Below, one piece after another: positions 1 to 12,855 of a DNA stretch of 32,885 nt. How positions within the stretch are numbered: the first letter of the stretch is position 1; each line of letters starts with the position of its first letter. The notes beneath the pieces are model-generated. The model did no database searches, was not told the DNA's origin, and was given only the letters and a program-made list of their open reading frames with translations. Location: assembly GCA_002269645.1 (NCBI GenBank), contig NIVC01003695.1, positions 49,607-82,491 on the forward strand. The letters run 5' to 3'. Source of the stretch: Macrostomum lignano (lineage: Eukaryota). The position numbers and the translations under genes were made by a program.

Positions 1-1890
1 TGTTGATTTGTTTGCTTGTTTGATGATTAGTTGATCGGTTGTTGATTGACTGACTGATCGGTTGGTTGTTGACTGATTTGACTGATCGGTTGGTTGGTTG
101 ACTGACTGACTGATCGGTTGTTGATTGACTGACTGACTGATCGATTGGTTGGTTGACTGACTGATCGGTTGGTTGGTTGACTGACTGACTGATTTGGTTG
201 GTTGACTGACTGATCGGTTGGTTGGTTGACTGACTGACTGATCGGTTGGTTGGTTGACTGACTGATATCGGTTGGTTGGTTGACTGATCGGTTGGTTGTT
301 GACTGACTGATTGGTTGGTTGACTGACTGACTGGATTGGTTGGTTGATTGACTGATCGGTTGGTTGGTTGACTGACTGACTGATCGGTTGGTTGATTGAC
401 TGACTGATTGGTTGGTTGACTGACTGACTGATTGGTTGGTTGATTGACTGACTGCGGTTGGTTGATTGACTGACTGATTGGTTGGTTGATTGACTGACTG
501 ACTGATTGGTTGATTGATTGACTGATCGGTTGGTTGATTGACTGACTGATTGGTTGGTTGATTGACTGACTGACTGATTGGTTGGTTGATTGACTGACTG
601 ACTGATTGGTTGGTTGATTGACTGACTGACTGATCGGTTGGTTGATTGACTGACTGACTGATTGGTTGGTTGATTGACTGACTGATCGGTTGGTTGGTTG
701 ATTGACTGATCGGTTGGTTGGTTGACTGACTGACTGATTGGTTGGTTGATTGATTGACTGACTGATCGGTTGGTTGATTGACTGACTGATTGGTTGGTTG
801 ACTGACTGACTGATTGGTTGGTTGATTGACTGACTGACTGATCGTTGGTTGATTGACTGACTGACTGATTGGTTGGTTGATTGACTTGACTGACTGATCG
901 GTTGGTTGATTGACTGACTGACTGATCGTTGGTTGATTGACTGACTGACTGATTGGTTGGTTGATTGGTGACTGACTGATCGGTTGGTTGATTGACTGAC
1001 TGACTGATTTGGTTGGTTGATTGACTGACTGATCGGTTGGTTGGTTGATTGACTGATCGGTTGGTTGATTGACTGACTGACTGATTGGTTGGTTGATTGA
1101 CTTGACTGACTGATCGGTTGGTTGATTGACTGACTGACTGATTGGTTGGTTGATTGACTGACTGACTGATCGGTTGGTTGATTGACTGACTGACTGATCG
1201 GTTGGTTGATTGACTGACTGACTGATCGGTTGGTTGATTGACTGACTGACTGATCGGTTGGTTGATTGACTGACTGATTGGTTGGTTGATTGACTGACTG
1301 ATTGGTTGGTTGATTGACTGACTGATCGGTTGGTTGATTGACTGACTGATTGGTTGGTTGATTGACTGACTGATTGGTTGGTTGATTGACTGACTGATCG
1401 GTTGGTTGATTGACTGACTGACTGATCGGTTGGTTGATTGACTGACTGATTGGTTGGTTGGTTGACTGACTGATTGTTGGTTGATTGATTGACTGACTGA
1501 TCGGTTGGTTGATTGACTGACTGATTGGTTGGTTGATTGACTGACTGATCGGTTGGTTGATTGACTGACTGATCAGTTGGTTGATTGACTGACTGATTGG
1601 TTGGTTGATTGACTGACTGATTGGTTGGTTGATTGACTGACTGATTGGTTGGTTGATTGACTGACTGATCGGTTGGTTGATTGACTGACTGATGATGGTT
1701 GGTTGATTGACTGACTGATTGGTTGGTTGATTGACTGACTGATTGGTTGGTTGGTTGATTGACTGACTGATCGGTTGGTTGATTGACTGACTGATTGGTT
1801 GGTTGATTGACTGACTGATCGTTGGTTGATTGACTGACTGATCAGTTGGTTGATTGACTGACTGACTGATCGGTTGATTAATTGATTGAT
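1..1890. repeat. Degenerate tetranucleotide satellite (GATT/GACT/GGTT/GATC) with 20-28 bp higher-order units; probably intronic to the CUB gene
   Basis: Continuous TGATTGGTTGGTTGATTGACTGAC-like units; the SINQ/STNQ ORF is a translation of the repeat. Confidence 0.97.
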
Positions 1891-2028
1891 TGATAAAACC
1901 AACTGAGCGATGGGTATACTTCAGAGTTCATAGCCCTGCCTATTTTGAAACATTAATTGCAGAAAAAGCATGGAAAATTCCTAAGGGAACACCTAGCGTC
2001 AAGCTATTCAAGCATGATAGCCGCTCAC

Positions 2029-2387
2029 CACTGACCCGCACCGCTCTGTACAGCAGCCGGAAGCCACTGCCGCTGCCGGAGAGCCCGAAGAACTGCATGC
2101 TCATCCGGCTGACGCTGACCGAACCCACCGCCGGTGGCTCGCCTCGAGCCGCGGCTCTGCACAGCGAGCTGCGTTCGCCGGTCCGTCAAACAGGGCGAGA
2201 AAGTCGGAGCTGGGGTCGACGTCAATGTGGGTGACTCCAGCCACGATCACGGACCCGGCCGGCGCTCGGATGGCGACGAGGCAGGCGGTGCCGCTGCTGA
2301 ACTGCGAGCTGGCGTTGAAGCCGGAGTGGCTCACCAGGTCAGCGAAGTCTCCGTCCGCACTGCTCAGCTCGATGTCTGCGCCGCAAA
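2029..2387 (-). pseudogene. CUB-domain exon (phase 1-1) with one frameshift
   Basis: Acceptor ctccatcag|, donor g|gtgagc. Reads CGADIELSSADGDFADLVSHSG...TACLVAIRAPAGSVIVAGVTHIDVDPSSDFLALFDGP, then shifts frame near 2165 to SLCRAAARGEPPAVGSVSVSRMSMQFFGLSGSGSGFRLLYRAV, matching the CUB pattern C-x-W/V-x-I-x-AP-x-G...D-x-L-x-x-x-DG...GF-x-L-x-Y. Length 359 nt is 1 short of a symmetric exon. Could be an assembly error rather than a true pseudogene. Confidence 0.75.
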
Positions 2388-2479
2388 CTGATGGAGAGGA
2401 ATGGAAGCTGGTGATCTCAGTTCAAGTCGCTTCTCTGTGGAAACTTAAAAAAGCTGGAAACTGCACTGAAATTTCGCAC

Positions 2480-2854
2480 CTTTTCTGTGGCTGCTGATTG
2501 CCTAATATTTGAATGTAAATCCAGTTTCATAGCTGGAATTTTCTCTAACAATTTCACGCCAATATAATTACTGGTGGAGGCAAATGTCTTTGAGCTGAAG
2601 TTGTCCTTTCTGAGGATCCGCGACACATGAAAGAGAAGCCGATCAGTGTAAGGATTGGCGCCATCAACCACACATCCAATTCGGAGTTGACATTCACTTG
2701 GCTGAGGCGCAGCAGCACCTCGTAACCTGGCGGAGCTCTCACTGCCAGACGCAAGACACTCTGGGGTCCGAGTCCGAACGGACCACAGCCGTAGCCACGG
2801 CAGTTCCCGGTGAGACGCTGAGCCGCCAAGTTGACGGTTCAACACTTTGGCAAA
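2480..2854 (-). pseudogene. CUB-domain exon (phase 1-1) with three 1-nt frameshifts and an in-frame TAG
   Basis: Acceptor ccccacag|, donor g|gtgcga. Pieces across frames: VSCVWQ / VRAPPGYEVLLRLSQVNVNSELDV / VDGANPYTDRLLFHVS...KTFASTSNYIGVKL / GFTFKY*AI. A 92-nt GT-AG intron (2388-2479) joins it to the next CUB exon. Confidence 0.7.
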
Positions 2855-3309
2855 CTGTGGGGTTTCAACAGTCCTGTAATCCTAAGGCGCCGGAGATCTG
2901 CGGCTGCCACTGCCCTAGCCCTGTGTTCGTGTCGATTGGCGCAACCAGCCAGGACATGTTTTGACCTTGAAGATTGTAACTATTTTTAATAGTTTTATTC
3001 AGTGAAATTTGCACTGAAATAAAAGCGAAGTAGTTAAGCAGCCAGGTACTCAATGGAAAATCCCAACTGTTGCTAACTGGAGGTCCTTAACTGTAAGAGG
3101 TCAGTCAACTGGGTAGCTATTGAAGATCGTTGCTGATAGTGATTAACAATTTTTGTCAATTTTCCTGTATAAGAGAGGGGACGCCACCACAAACCCTAAA
3201 AATCACAACCTCGAAACGCACCTCTCATCACAAATCCGAAATATCACATTCTCGAAAACTCTTCCCGAAATATTTCATGAAATTCGAGAAGATTCATGAG
3301 ATTCATAAA

Positions 3310-3975
3310 GATTCTCAGGGAGATTGTCATGGAGATTTTCACGGAGGTTCTCATGCAGATTTCCAGGGAGATTTTCAGGGAGATTCTCAGGGATATTCTA
3401 AGGGAGATTCTCGTGAAAATTCTCAGGGAGATTCTTGGAAGATTCTCGGAAGATTCTCGGGGAGATTGTCAGGGAGATTCTCATGAAGATTCTCAGGGAG
3501 ATTGTCATGAAGATTCTCATGAAGATTCTGAGGGAGATTGTCATGAAGATTCTCAGGGAGATTGTCATGAAGATTCTCAGGGAGATTGTCATGAAGATTC
3601 TCATGAAGATTCTGAGGGAGATTGTCATGAAGATTCTCAGGGAGATTGTCATGAAGATTCTCAGGGAGATTGTCATGAAGATTCTCAGGGAGATTGTCAT
3701 GAAGATTCTCAGGGAGATTGTCATGAAGATTCTCAGGGAGATTGTCATGAAGATTCTCAGGGAGATTGTCATGAAGATTCTCAGGGAGATTGTCATGAAG
3801 ATTCTCAGGGAGATTGTCATGAAGATTCTCAGGGAGATTGTCATGAAGATTCTCAGGGAGATTGTCATGAAGATTCTCAGAGAGATTGTCATGAAGATTC
3901 TCATGAAGATTCTCAGGGAGCTTGTCATGAAGATTCTCAGGGAGATTCTCATGCAGATTTCCAGGGAGATTCTCA
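3310..3975. repeat. 24-bp minisatellite GATTCTCAGGGAGATTGTCATGAA with 12-bp subunits
   Basis: Direct tandem copies; the DSQGDCHE/ILREIVMK ORFs are translations of the repeat. Confidence 0.97.
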
Positions 3976-4406
3976 GGGGAAGAGGGAAGATGCCTAAGAG
4001 ACGATGGCAGATTCTGAAGTGCTGTTATTCAGCTAACTGATATTGTTCAGTTTCTCGGGATCGCCAACGAGTAACAGAGGTCAGAACTGATCAAATTAGC
4101 GATTTACCGCTGAAAAATCACCCGAAAATTTTATTCATAAGTATATTCCGAAACTGTAAACTCCGGCATTTGCACGAAAACTACTGTAAGTAGGCTTCAG
4201 CGACTATTGCAGGTGAGTTTTTTAATTTAACGCTTTACATTATATTTATGGAGTTGACGTCAGGACAATTCCAAAGTTAAGTTTATGTACCATTTAAGTA
4301 CTTAGGAGTGTACAGTTTGTACACTGTAGGTACAACAATCGTTCCTTATTCCACGAGCCAAAAGTCGCACTATAAGGTCTTTCTCCACAAGCACTTTAAC
4401 AATCAG

Positions 4407-4525
4407 CCTCGTCTAATGGCTCAAGCGAGACAGCAGCGCACGCTGAAAAGGCGAGGAGCTGGAGGCGGCGCCGGCTGCCTCACAGGCAGCAGCGAAGACT
4501 GCGGCCATCAACAGGTACACTGTGG
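4407..4525 (+). CDS. Probable first coding exon of a hypothetical gene; needs one frameshift near 4445
   Basis: Acceptor aatcag|, ATG at 4416, donor g|gtgagc (phase 1). The frame EELEAAPAASQAAAKTAAINRYTVG fits the next exon but has a TGA upstream. A possible 5'UTR donor cag|gtgagt lies at 4213. Confidence 0.4.
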
Positions 4526-4626
4526 GTGAGCTTGGCTTTCACACACGGCTTTGAGCTTTGACTGCTCGCAGTGTGGCTTGCTGGGTTTAGTAATCCAGAA
4601 ATTACTTCCGTCAGAGGACTGCAGGC

Positions 4627-6019
4627 ACAGCGCCCATCATAGCGCCACTCATAGCGCCACTCATAGCGCCACTCATAGCGCCACTCATAGCGCCACTCAT
4701 AGCGCCACTCATAGCGCCACTCATAGCGCCACTCATAGCGCCACTCATAGCGCCACTCATAGCGGCACTCATAGCGCCACCCTTAGCGCCACTCATAGCG
4801 GCACTCATAGCGCCACTCATAGCGCCACTCATAGCGCCACTCATAGCGCCACTCATAGCGCCACCCATAGCGCCACTCATAGCGCCACTCATAGCGGCAC
4901 TCATAGCGGCACTCATAGCGCCACCCTTAGCGCCACTCATAGCGCCACTCATAGCGGCACTCATAGCGCCACTCATAGCGCCACCCTTAGCGCCACTCAT
5001 AGCGCCACTCATAGCGCCACTCATAGCGGCACTCATAGCGCCACTCATAGCACCACTCATAGCGCCACCCATAGCGCCACTCATAGCGCCACTCATAGCG
5101 GCACTCATAGCGGCACTCATAGCGCCACCCTTAGCGGCACTCATAGCGCCACTCATAGCGCCACCCATAGCGCCACTCATAGCGGCACTCATAGCGCCAC
5201 TCATAGCGCCACCCATAGCGCCACTCATAGCGCCACTCATAGCGCCGCTCATAGCGCCACCCATAGCGTCAACCATAGCGCCACTCATAGCGCCACCCAT
5301 AGCGCCACCCATAGCGCCACTCATAGCGGCACTCATAGCGCCACTCATAGCGGCACTCATAGCGCCACTCATAGCGGCACTCATAGCGCCACCCATAGCG
5401 CCACTCATAGCGCCACTCATAGCGCCACCCATAGCGCCACTCATAGCGCCACTCATAGCGGCACTCATAGCGGCACTCATAGCGGCACTCATAGCGGCAC
5501 TCATAGCGCCACCCTTAGCGCCACTCATAGCGCCACTCATAGCGCCACTCATAGCGCCACTCATAGCGGCACTCATAGCGCCACCCTTAGCGCCACTCAT
5601 AGCGCCACTCATAGCGCCACTCATAGCGCCACTCATAGCGCCACTCATAGCGCCACTCATAGCGCCACTCATAGCGCCACTCATAGTGCCACCCATAGCG
5701 CCACTCATAGCGCCACTCATAGTGCCACTCATAGCTCCACTCATAGCGCCACCCTTAGCGCCACTCATAGCGCCACTCATAGTGCCACTCATAGCGCCAC
5801 TCATAGCGCCACCCTTAGCGCCACTCATAGCGCCACTCATAGCGCCACCCATAGCGCCACTCATAGCGCCACTCATAGCGCCACCCTTAGCGCCACTCAT
5901 AGCGCCACTCATAGTGCCACTCATAGTGCCACTCATAGCGCCACTCATAGCGCCACCCTTAGCGCCACTCATAGCGCCACTCATAGCGCCACCCATAGCG
6001 CCACTCATAGCGCCACCCA
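4627..6019. repeat. 12-bp minisatellite AGCGCCACTCAT (~115 copies), intronic
   Basis: Lies inside the GT-AG intron 4526-6053; the SATH/MSGA/IAPL ORFs are translations of the repeat. Confidence 0.97.
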
Positions 6020-6053
6020 GTTTCTGAAATAATATACCAGTTTCAGTTTTCAG

Positions 6054-6220
6054 GTTCTGAAGCCCATCTCAAACTCTTTCAGCATGCAATCTGCCCGGGC
6101 AAATCTGAGACCAAATTCAAAGAATCAATCAAATTGACCGTTCAAAACTGGTCACTCGAACTGCTGAGCTTTGTGGGCCCGGCAGCGCTCCCGGTGCTGC
6201 TGGGCCTGCTGACGCACTTG
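6054..6220 (+). CDS. Internal exon of the hypothetical gene (phase 1 to 0)
   Basis: ttttcag| ... ttg|gtgagt; open frame SEAHLKLFQHAICPGKSETKFKESIKLTVQNWSLELLSFVGPAALPVLLGLLTHL; phases match both neighbouring exons. Confidence 0.7.
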
Positions 6221-6520
6221 GTGAGTTTTGTAATTTCGCAAGTGAGTAGCTGTCCTTCGAGGCCAATAAAGGCAGCTTGCAGTCATGGTCTATATATAGA
6301 CAAAATATTGTCAGTGCTATTTTTAGCAACCTCAAGGATTTTCCATATTATAAAGCATAGCTAATTTTTTTAACGACATCAATTTGTCACTAGGGGTGAA
6401 GTGATTGGGACATGGCACTGCACCCATGGCGCCTTTAAGAACATTCAGGTGTAAGCTGACCGACCCGAAGCGATCCTGAGCCCCTCAGTTACGTTCCTGA
6501 ATCATAATCAGTTCTTCCCT

Positions 6521-7018
6521 GAACCCTCAGTTCTTCACTGAACCCTCAGTTAGTCACTGAACCCTCAGTTCTTCACTGAACCCTCAGTTTATCACTGAAC
6601 CCTCAGTTGGTCACTGAACCCTCAGTTTATCACTGAACCCTCAGTTCTTCACTGAGCCCTCAGTTCGTCACTGAACCCTCAGTTCGTCACTGAACCCTCA
6701 GTTCTTCACTGAACCCTCAGTTCGTCACTGAACCCTCAGTTCTTCACTGAACCCTCAGTTCTTCACTGAACCCTCAGTTCATCACTGAACCCTCAGTTCG
6801 TCACTGAACCCTCAGTTCGTCACTGAACCCTCAGTTCGTCACTGAACCCTCAGTTCGTCACTGAACCCTCAGTTCGTCACTGAACCCTCAGTTCGTCACT
6901 GAACCCTCAGTTCGTCACTGAACCCTCAGTTCGTCACTGAACCCTCAGTTCGTCACTGAACCCTCAGTTCGTCACTGAACCCTCAGTTCGTCACTGAACC
7001 CTCAGTTCGTCACTGAAC
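6521..7018. repeat. 19-bp minisatellite GAACCCTCAGTTCGTCACT (~26 copies), intronic
   Basis: Direct tandem copies within intron 6221-7157. Confidence 0.97.
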
Positions 7019-7157
7019 TCGGTACATGCACTTCCCTGAGCACTCGGGATGTTCCTAAACCCGCTTGGCGCCCTCCTGAGCACTTCGCGAATCCCCTCAA
7101 CGTTGGGGACTGTCGAATTCCCGGACGAGTTTGACTCACCCATCCCCAATTCCGCAG

Positions 7158-7934
7158 CTGCTGCAGCACCTGGACAGCTGTTTTCCTTGGCTGCTTGCCA
7201 GTCCCACTACTCAACAGGCTGTCAAAGTGATCCCCATCCTGGTCGCCGTGCTCAGCCAGAAGTTCCTCAACTTTGAACTGAAGCCCCTGACTCCGCCAAA
7301 ATTCTCGGATCCGCAGCCGCAAAGTGCAGCTCACTCGCTCGCTTCTTGCGATCGTCCTCCTGCTTCAGCCTGCGAATCCGCCGACGTCAACGACTCCACC
7401 ATCCGGCGGACCAGGCTGGACTTCCCCTCCATCCACCCCAACTCCAACATCCTGGACCGGCCTGCTCAGCCAAACCTGCTCAACCCAGCCCTGCAGCCCA
7501 CCGAGTCGCCAAACGGCAGCTGCAGCTCCGACAGGCCGCTGCTGCAAGTCACCCAGATTTTGACTCTGCCGCCGGGCTTTCTAGAACAGCTGGCTCGCGC
7601 TGCTGCCAGGGGTGAAGGACGGGCCGAGGGAGAAGCTGCTGAGCTCATTGCCGATGCCAATGTCCCTGCTGCAAATGACCCAGGAAATCCCACGGCCAGT
7701 CAGCAGCAGCAACAGCAGCAACAGCAGCAGCCACAGCAGCAGCCGGTCACAGTCAATGCGGGAACTCCACCGGGTACTCCACCGAGCCCAGGCTCCCATG
7801 GTGGGCCTTCGGGCGGGTCGGGCAGCGGCTCTGGAGACGGCGCCATGACATGCAAGTACGACTATCCGATGTTGGGCCAGCAGCTTAGAGTGAAGCATGA
7901 GCTCAGCATCTCACTGAATGCCAACACGGAGTAG
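7158..7934 (+). CDS. Probable terminal exon of the hypothetical gene; hydrophobic start, then P/S/Q/G-rich with a polyQ tract
   Basis: Acceptor ttccgcag| (phase 0); 259 codons LLQHLDSCFPW...ELSISLNANTE*; AATAAA at ~7989. An alternative donor ga|gtaggt near 7931 cannot be excluded. Confidence 0.75.
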   Translation: MLQHLDSCFPWLLASPTTQQAVKVIPILVAVLSQKFLNFELKPLTPPKFSDPQPQSAAHSLASCDRPPASACESADVNDSTIRRTRLDFPSIHPNSNILDRPAQPNLLNPALQPTESPNGSCSSDRPLLQVTQILTLPPGFLEQLARAAARGEGRAEGEAAELIADANVPAANDPGNPTASQQQQQQQQQQPQQQPVTVNAGTPPGTPPSPGSHGGPSGGSGSGSGDGAMTCKYDYPMLGQQLRVKHELSISLNANTE

Positions 7935-8006
7935 GTGGTTTTAATTTCAATATAGTTCCAGATATTCGTTTATAAAAATTTTAATGCTAATAAACTGACT
8001 TGCCCT

Positions 8007-8730
<724 letters not shown>

Positions 8731-9126
8731 GTTATTTAGTAGATAAGCTGTTGCTTGCCAGGTTGTGCTCATTGTACAGACTTCTCATCCACTGCCATTC
8801 TCCTAAATAATGTAAAATTCCATTGAATTTCTAAGAAAGCGCCTTCGCTGATTTGTAGGCCTGTGATTTGTGTTTCTGCAACAAAGCAGAGACAGGGTTG
8901 ATTGAATGCAATATTTTACTGGAAAAAATTTTAATGTGTATCTCTAGTTAGCATCTGTATATTTTTTCAACAAAACATTATTGCATTAAACATTTTAAAT
9001 AAAATTCGCGTAGTGAAAAAAGTTACAAAAACAGTCCTGCTGCTTCAGTAAAACAAATCAGTATAACAAAATGGATATTAATTAAATTAAATTCAAAGTT
9101 GTCCGCACGGGAGCCATTTGCACTCG

Positions 9127-9772
9127 TCACTGAGAATCGCCAGATGCCAAATTTTCCAAGCCATGCCTGCTCGGCGTTGCCATGGCAACCAGCCGACGCA
9201 GCAGCGCCGACGAGCGGCCGCTGAGTTGCGACGCGGAGCCGCGCCGCTGGAACAGCTTCGGGGAGGCCGCCGAGGCTGCCTCTGCCAGACGGCGGCGCCG
9301 CGCCCACCAGAGCCGCTCGGCCAGCCGCTTGATGGCGGGGCGGCGGCGGCGGCTGCTGGCTGCCGGCTGTGGCGGCGGCTGCCGTGGACTCGCCAGCAGC
9401 GTGATGTCGGAGCCGACGATACGCGGCGGCGGCAGCGACGCCGTCGACGCATCGAGCAGCGCCAGCGGCAGCGGTACCGGCGCCACGGCGGGCAGCCGCT
9501 GCTGCAGGCCGCCAACGCTGCCGCTGCGGTGCCGTCGGCGGCGACAGCGCGGGTTCGTGGCGATGCCCGGCGGCTGCAGTTGAGGCCGCGGAGGCTGCGG
9601 CGCCGGCAACGGTTCGTCGGCGAAGATTTTGGAGCCGGCGGCGGTGGCGACTGCAGAAGGCCGGTAGCGCCGATGGCCGAGCCGTGGGGTGGCCGGCGCT
9701 GCCGGAGTTTCTGAGGGTCGCTTGCTGGCTGCCGCGGGGACGAGGCGGCGGCTGAAAGAGCGAAATTTCGGT
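9127..9772 (-). CDS. Probable terminal exon, low-complexity Ala/Arg/Pro-rich; reading frame uncertain
   Basis: Acceptor (tctg)n-tctcaccccag|; GC-rich. Two minus frames stay open (to 9127 and to 9023). The frame ending at 9127 fits phase 2 from the 10036-10121 exon. Confidence 0.5.
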
Positions 9773-9780
9773 CTGGGGTG

Positions 9781-10017
<237 letters not shown>

Positions 10018-10035
10018 TCAGCATTAGAATCTCAC

Positions 10036-10121
10036 CTGCATCGGAAACCAGACTCTCTCCTGACGAACAGGGACTCTCTGACAGCAGTTGTCTCCGATCC
10101 AAGTCTGCGCCTCGCTGGACT
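10036..10121 (-). CDS. Small internal exon (86 nt), frame ambiguous
   Basis: actttcag| ... cag|gtgaga; all three frames are open. Confidence 0.55.
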
Positions 10122-10662
10122 CTGAAAGTGCTCCATGGGGCCTCGCTGATCTTTTTGCCAAGCCAACTCTTATAAACGGATTTGATTGGAAGTCAGTAGA
10201 AGTCGACGCTCAGCTGCTGGCTTTTTATTCAGTCAGAAGTGACGGCGGGACTTGAGAACTGCTCACTGAAAGCTGATTGGCTGAGCGGGAAGACTGCAGC
10301 CAATGGAGCCGAGGCCAGGTGCGAATTCCGTCCAAAATGATGAGCTAATTAAAAGCAAGGACAGCCTGAAGTTGTCGCCTGAGGCGAAGATGAGCAGCAG
10401 ATCACTGGATCGTAAAAAATCTGCGAATTTCAAGTGGCTTAGCGGGGTCCCGCAGAGGTGCGGAAGTTCTCAGCTCAGGCTGTCACGAGCCGCACCTCCG
10501 GTTGGCACCTCAGAGACACCTGGCCTCATGCTGAGGCTCACTGCTATCTGGGCTGGAGTGCGGGAGGGTCCATGCAGCTCTGAGGGGTCCCGCGCCAATG
10601 GCATGCTGAGAGGCAGCGGTTCAGCAAGATTTGCTGTCAGTCTTGAGTCTAAATTATCAAAT

Positions 10663-10993
10663 GGGGTTGTTGTAGCCTAGAGATTCGAGCGTCGGACTCA
10701 CGACTGAAAGGTCGGGGGTTCGATTCTGGACCCACTCTGAACAATTTGTGTCCTTGAGCAACGCCCTTAACTCTGCATTGCTGCAGTTCACCCAGCTGTA
10801 AAATGGGTGCCAGCATTAGCTGGGGTAATTGAGGGTGTGTGGCGACCTCCAGTCCTTGGACTGAACAGCCGTACGCAGCCTTCAGATGCGCCGCGCAGTA
10901 GCTGCGGCTGAGCTGTCGGTTGCACATCTGGCCTTTATGACAGGTTTAATCGATTATTAGTACGAGCTATTATTATATTATTGCAATTATTAT
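10663..10993 (+). mobile_element. tRNA-derived CORE-type SINE, copy 1
   Basis: A-box-like TAGCCTAGAG and B-box GGTTCGATTC; central TGTGTCCTTGAGCAACGCCCTTAACTCT...CAGCTGTAAAATGGG resembles the MIR/CORE domain; TTA-rich tail; second copy at ~16280. Confidence 0.8.
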
Positions 10994-11295
10994 CGAGCAA
11001 GGAGCACTCGTACAGGCAACTCTGACATGGAATTAAAAACGAATTGAATAAGAAATAATTTATTCTTTACCGCGGTGACTCGAGGGTACGAATATACACA
11101 AAACCCAGTCATTATGTAGAAAGAACGAGAATCGCGCAATGAAAAATGAAAAAGCTTTAAGTACAGTTGGAGAGCGGGGCCCAAAAATCACAAGTTCACA
11201 GGACAACAAACTGCATTGACAAATTTAGATTTGAACAAGTTTAGTGTAAGTTTGATAAAGCTGGAGATTCAATAAAGCTGACGGCTAAATAAAGA

Positions 11296-11772
11296 TGCAG
11301 ATTTGATGAAGCTGCAGATTTGATGAAGCTGCAGATTTGATGAAGCTGCAGATTTGATGAAGCTGCAGATTTGATGAAGCTGCAGATTTGATGAAGCTGC
11401 AGATTTGATGAAGCTGCAGATTTGATGAAGATGCAGATTTGATGAAGCTGCAGATTTGATGAGGCTGCAGATTTGATGAAGCTGCAGATTTGATGAAGCT
11501 GCAGATTTGATGAAGCTGCAGATTTGATGAGGCTGCAGATTTAATGAAGCAGACTGATAAAAGATGCAGATTTGATGAAGCTGCAGATTTGATGAGGCTG
11601 CAGATTTGATGAAGCTGCAGATTTGATGAGGCTGCAGATTTGATGAAGCTGCAGATTTGATGAAGCTGCAGATTTGATGAAGCTGCAGATTTGATGAGGC
11701 TGCAGATTTAATGAAGCAGACTGAAAATAAAAGATACAGATTTGATGAAGCTGCAGATTTGATGAAGCTACA
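11296..11772. repeat. 17-bp minisatellite GCAGATTTGATGAAGCT (~27 copies)
   Basis: Tandem copies with one interruption that is itself duplicated (~11545 and ~11715). Confidence 0.97.
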
Positions 11773-11902
11773 GATGGGTTCAGGACGCCGTCAGCCCAGC
11801 CACGGAAGAAAAAGCAGCCGGTGTCGGTCGCGGCGCTCTCGGCTCCCCAGCCAGATCCGTCAGCAAGTTCAGCGGGTCGCTGCCGGGACGCTCCTGGCTC
11901 AC

Positions 11903-12504
11903 CGACGGCTGCTGGAGGCCGCCGCCTCCCTGGTCGAGGATCCCGGCAGCGTCAGCGGCAGCGGCTTGCAAGGCCCGTCGACTCAGCCGCAGCTGCCGGT
12001 CGGCCTGGCCGCCTCCTCGACGATTCTCGGCACTGTCATCAGCGTCGGAGTCCGCTTCGGCCACCGAGTCGCCGCCGCAGTTGACGTCATCGACAACGGA
12101 GACGGCGGCGGTCTGAGCTGGGGCGGTCAACAGCAGGACGGCCAGCAGGCGGAAGCGGCGCTGCACCCGGACCGGCGTCAGGCAGCCGACGGTCGATCCT
12201 CGGCAACGCCAGCGGCGGTTGGCGGCGCCCAGCAGCAGCCGGCGCCAGACGGACCACAGCGCGCTGGAGAACAGAAACTCCAGCGTGAGGAGGCCGAGCG
12301 GCAGCTGCGGTCCGCTGTCCCAGTGCCAGTCCCGGCCTGCCAGTCCCGCCACCAGCGCCGCCACCAGCAGCAGGTGGCGGGCGAACCGGAACTTTGAGGC
12401 CGTCAACGACTTGACGGTGGCGCTGCGGCTCCAGCGCTGCCAGAAGACGGCGATCTGGGACTGGCCGGGGAGCGGCGCGACGGCTGACATCGAGTCGACG
12501 CGGT
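11903..12504 (-). CDS. Coding exon of an unidentified protein; possible divergent Mab-21/cGAS-like C-terminal lobe followed by an acidic/low-complexity region
   Basis: Acceptor tttgcacaaag| (phase 1); strongly GC3-biased codons in the frame DRVDSMSAVAPLPGQSQIAVFWQRWSRSATVKSL...RFRLLAVLLLTAP; donor tcg|gtgagc at 11903, or read-on to the TGA at 11780. The family assignment is weak. Confidence 0.7.
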
Positions 12505-12734
12505 CTTTGTGCAAACAAAGAGTCCTGGCTTTTGCTACGAATGCTGCTGCAAGGGAAATGCAGAAAAGAAACGCCTTTCATTCCAGCCAAACGGCCCCTT
12601 GAATTGCTCTCCGCATGTACACGCGCCTCTCCGTGTGTCTGCGCTCTGATATTCATATTCTTCTCTGTCTTTCGGGCGAGGACTGGCACTAACCGCGGGA
12701 CTTGGACTGGGACTGATCGCGGGACTATGAATGA

Positions 12735-12855
12735 TCTTGGGGACTAGGAGCGATACTCTTGGGACTAGGAGTGATACTCTTGGGACTAGGAGTGATACTC
12801 TTGGGACTAGGAGTGATACTCTTGGGACTAGGAGTGATACTCTTGGGACTAGGAC
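12735..12855. repeat. 21-bp minisatellite GGGACTAGGAGTGATACTCTT (~6 copies)
   Basis: Direct tandem copies. Confidence 0.93.

Noticed and set aside
4551-6032. 493-aa SATH-repeat and 465-aa MSGA-repeat ORFs resembling mucin or antifreeze proteins
   Set aside because: Stop-free translations of a 12-bp minisatellite inside a phase-consistent GT-AG intron. The same applies to the ORFs at 1573, 3296-4040, 9778, 15945, 17371-18081, 21241, 23142-23762 and 31699-32407.
9176-9189. Perfect X-box palindrome GTTGCCATGGCAAC, suggesting a plus-strand gene starting at ATG 9182
   Set aside because: It lies in the probable minus-strand terminal exon (codons VAMAT). The plus frame has two stops before any donor, and the splice signals favour the minus strand. 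Not fully excluded without CAGE data.
10303-10680. 125-aa plus-strand ORF, and a possible minus-strand exon in the same stretch
   Set aside because: No recognisable domain and no convincing splice chain on either strand; the ORF ends inside the SINE head.
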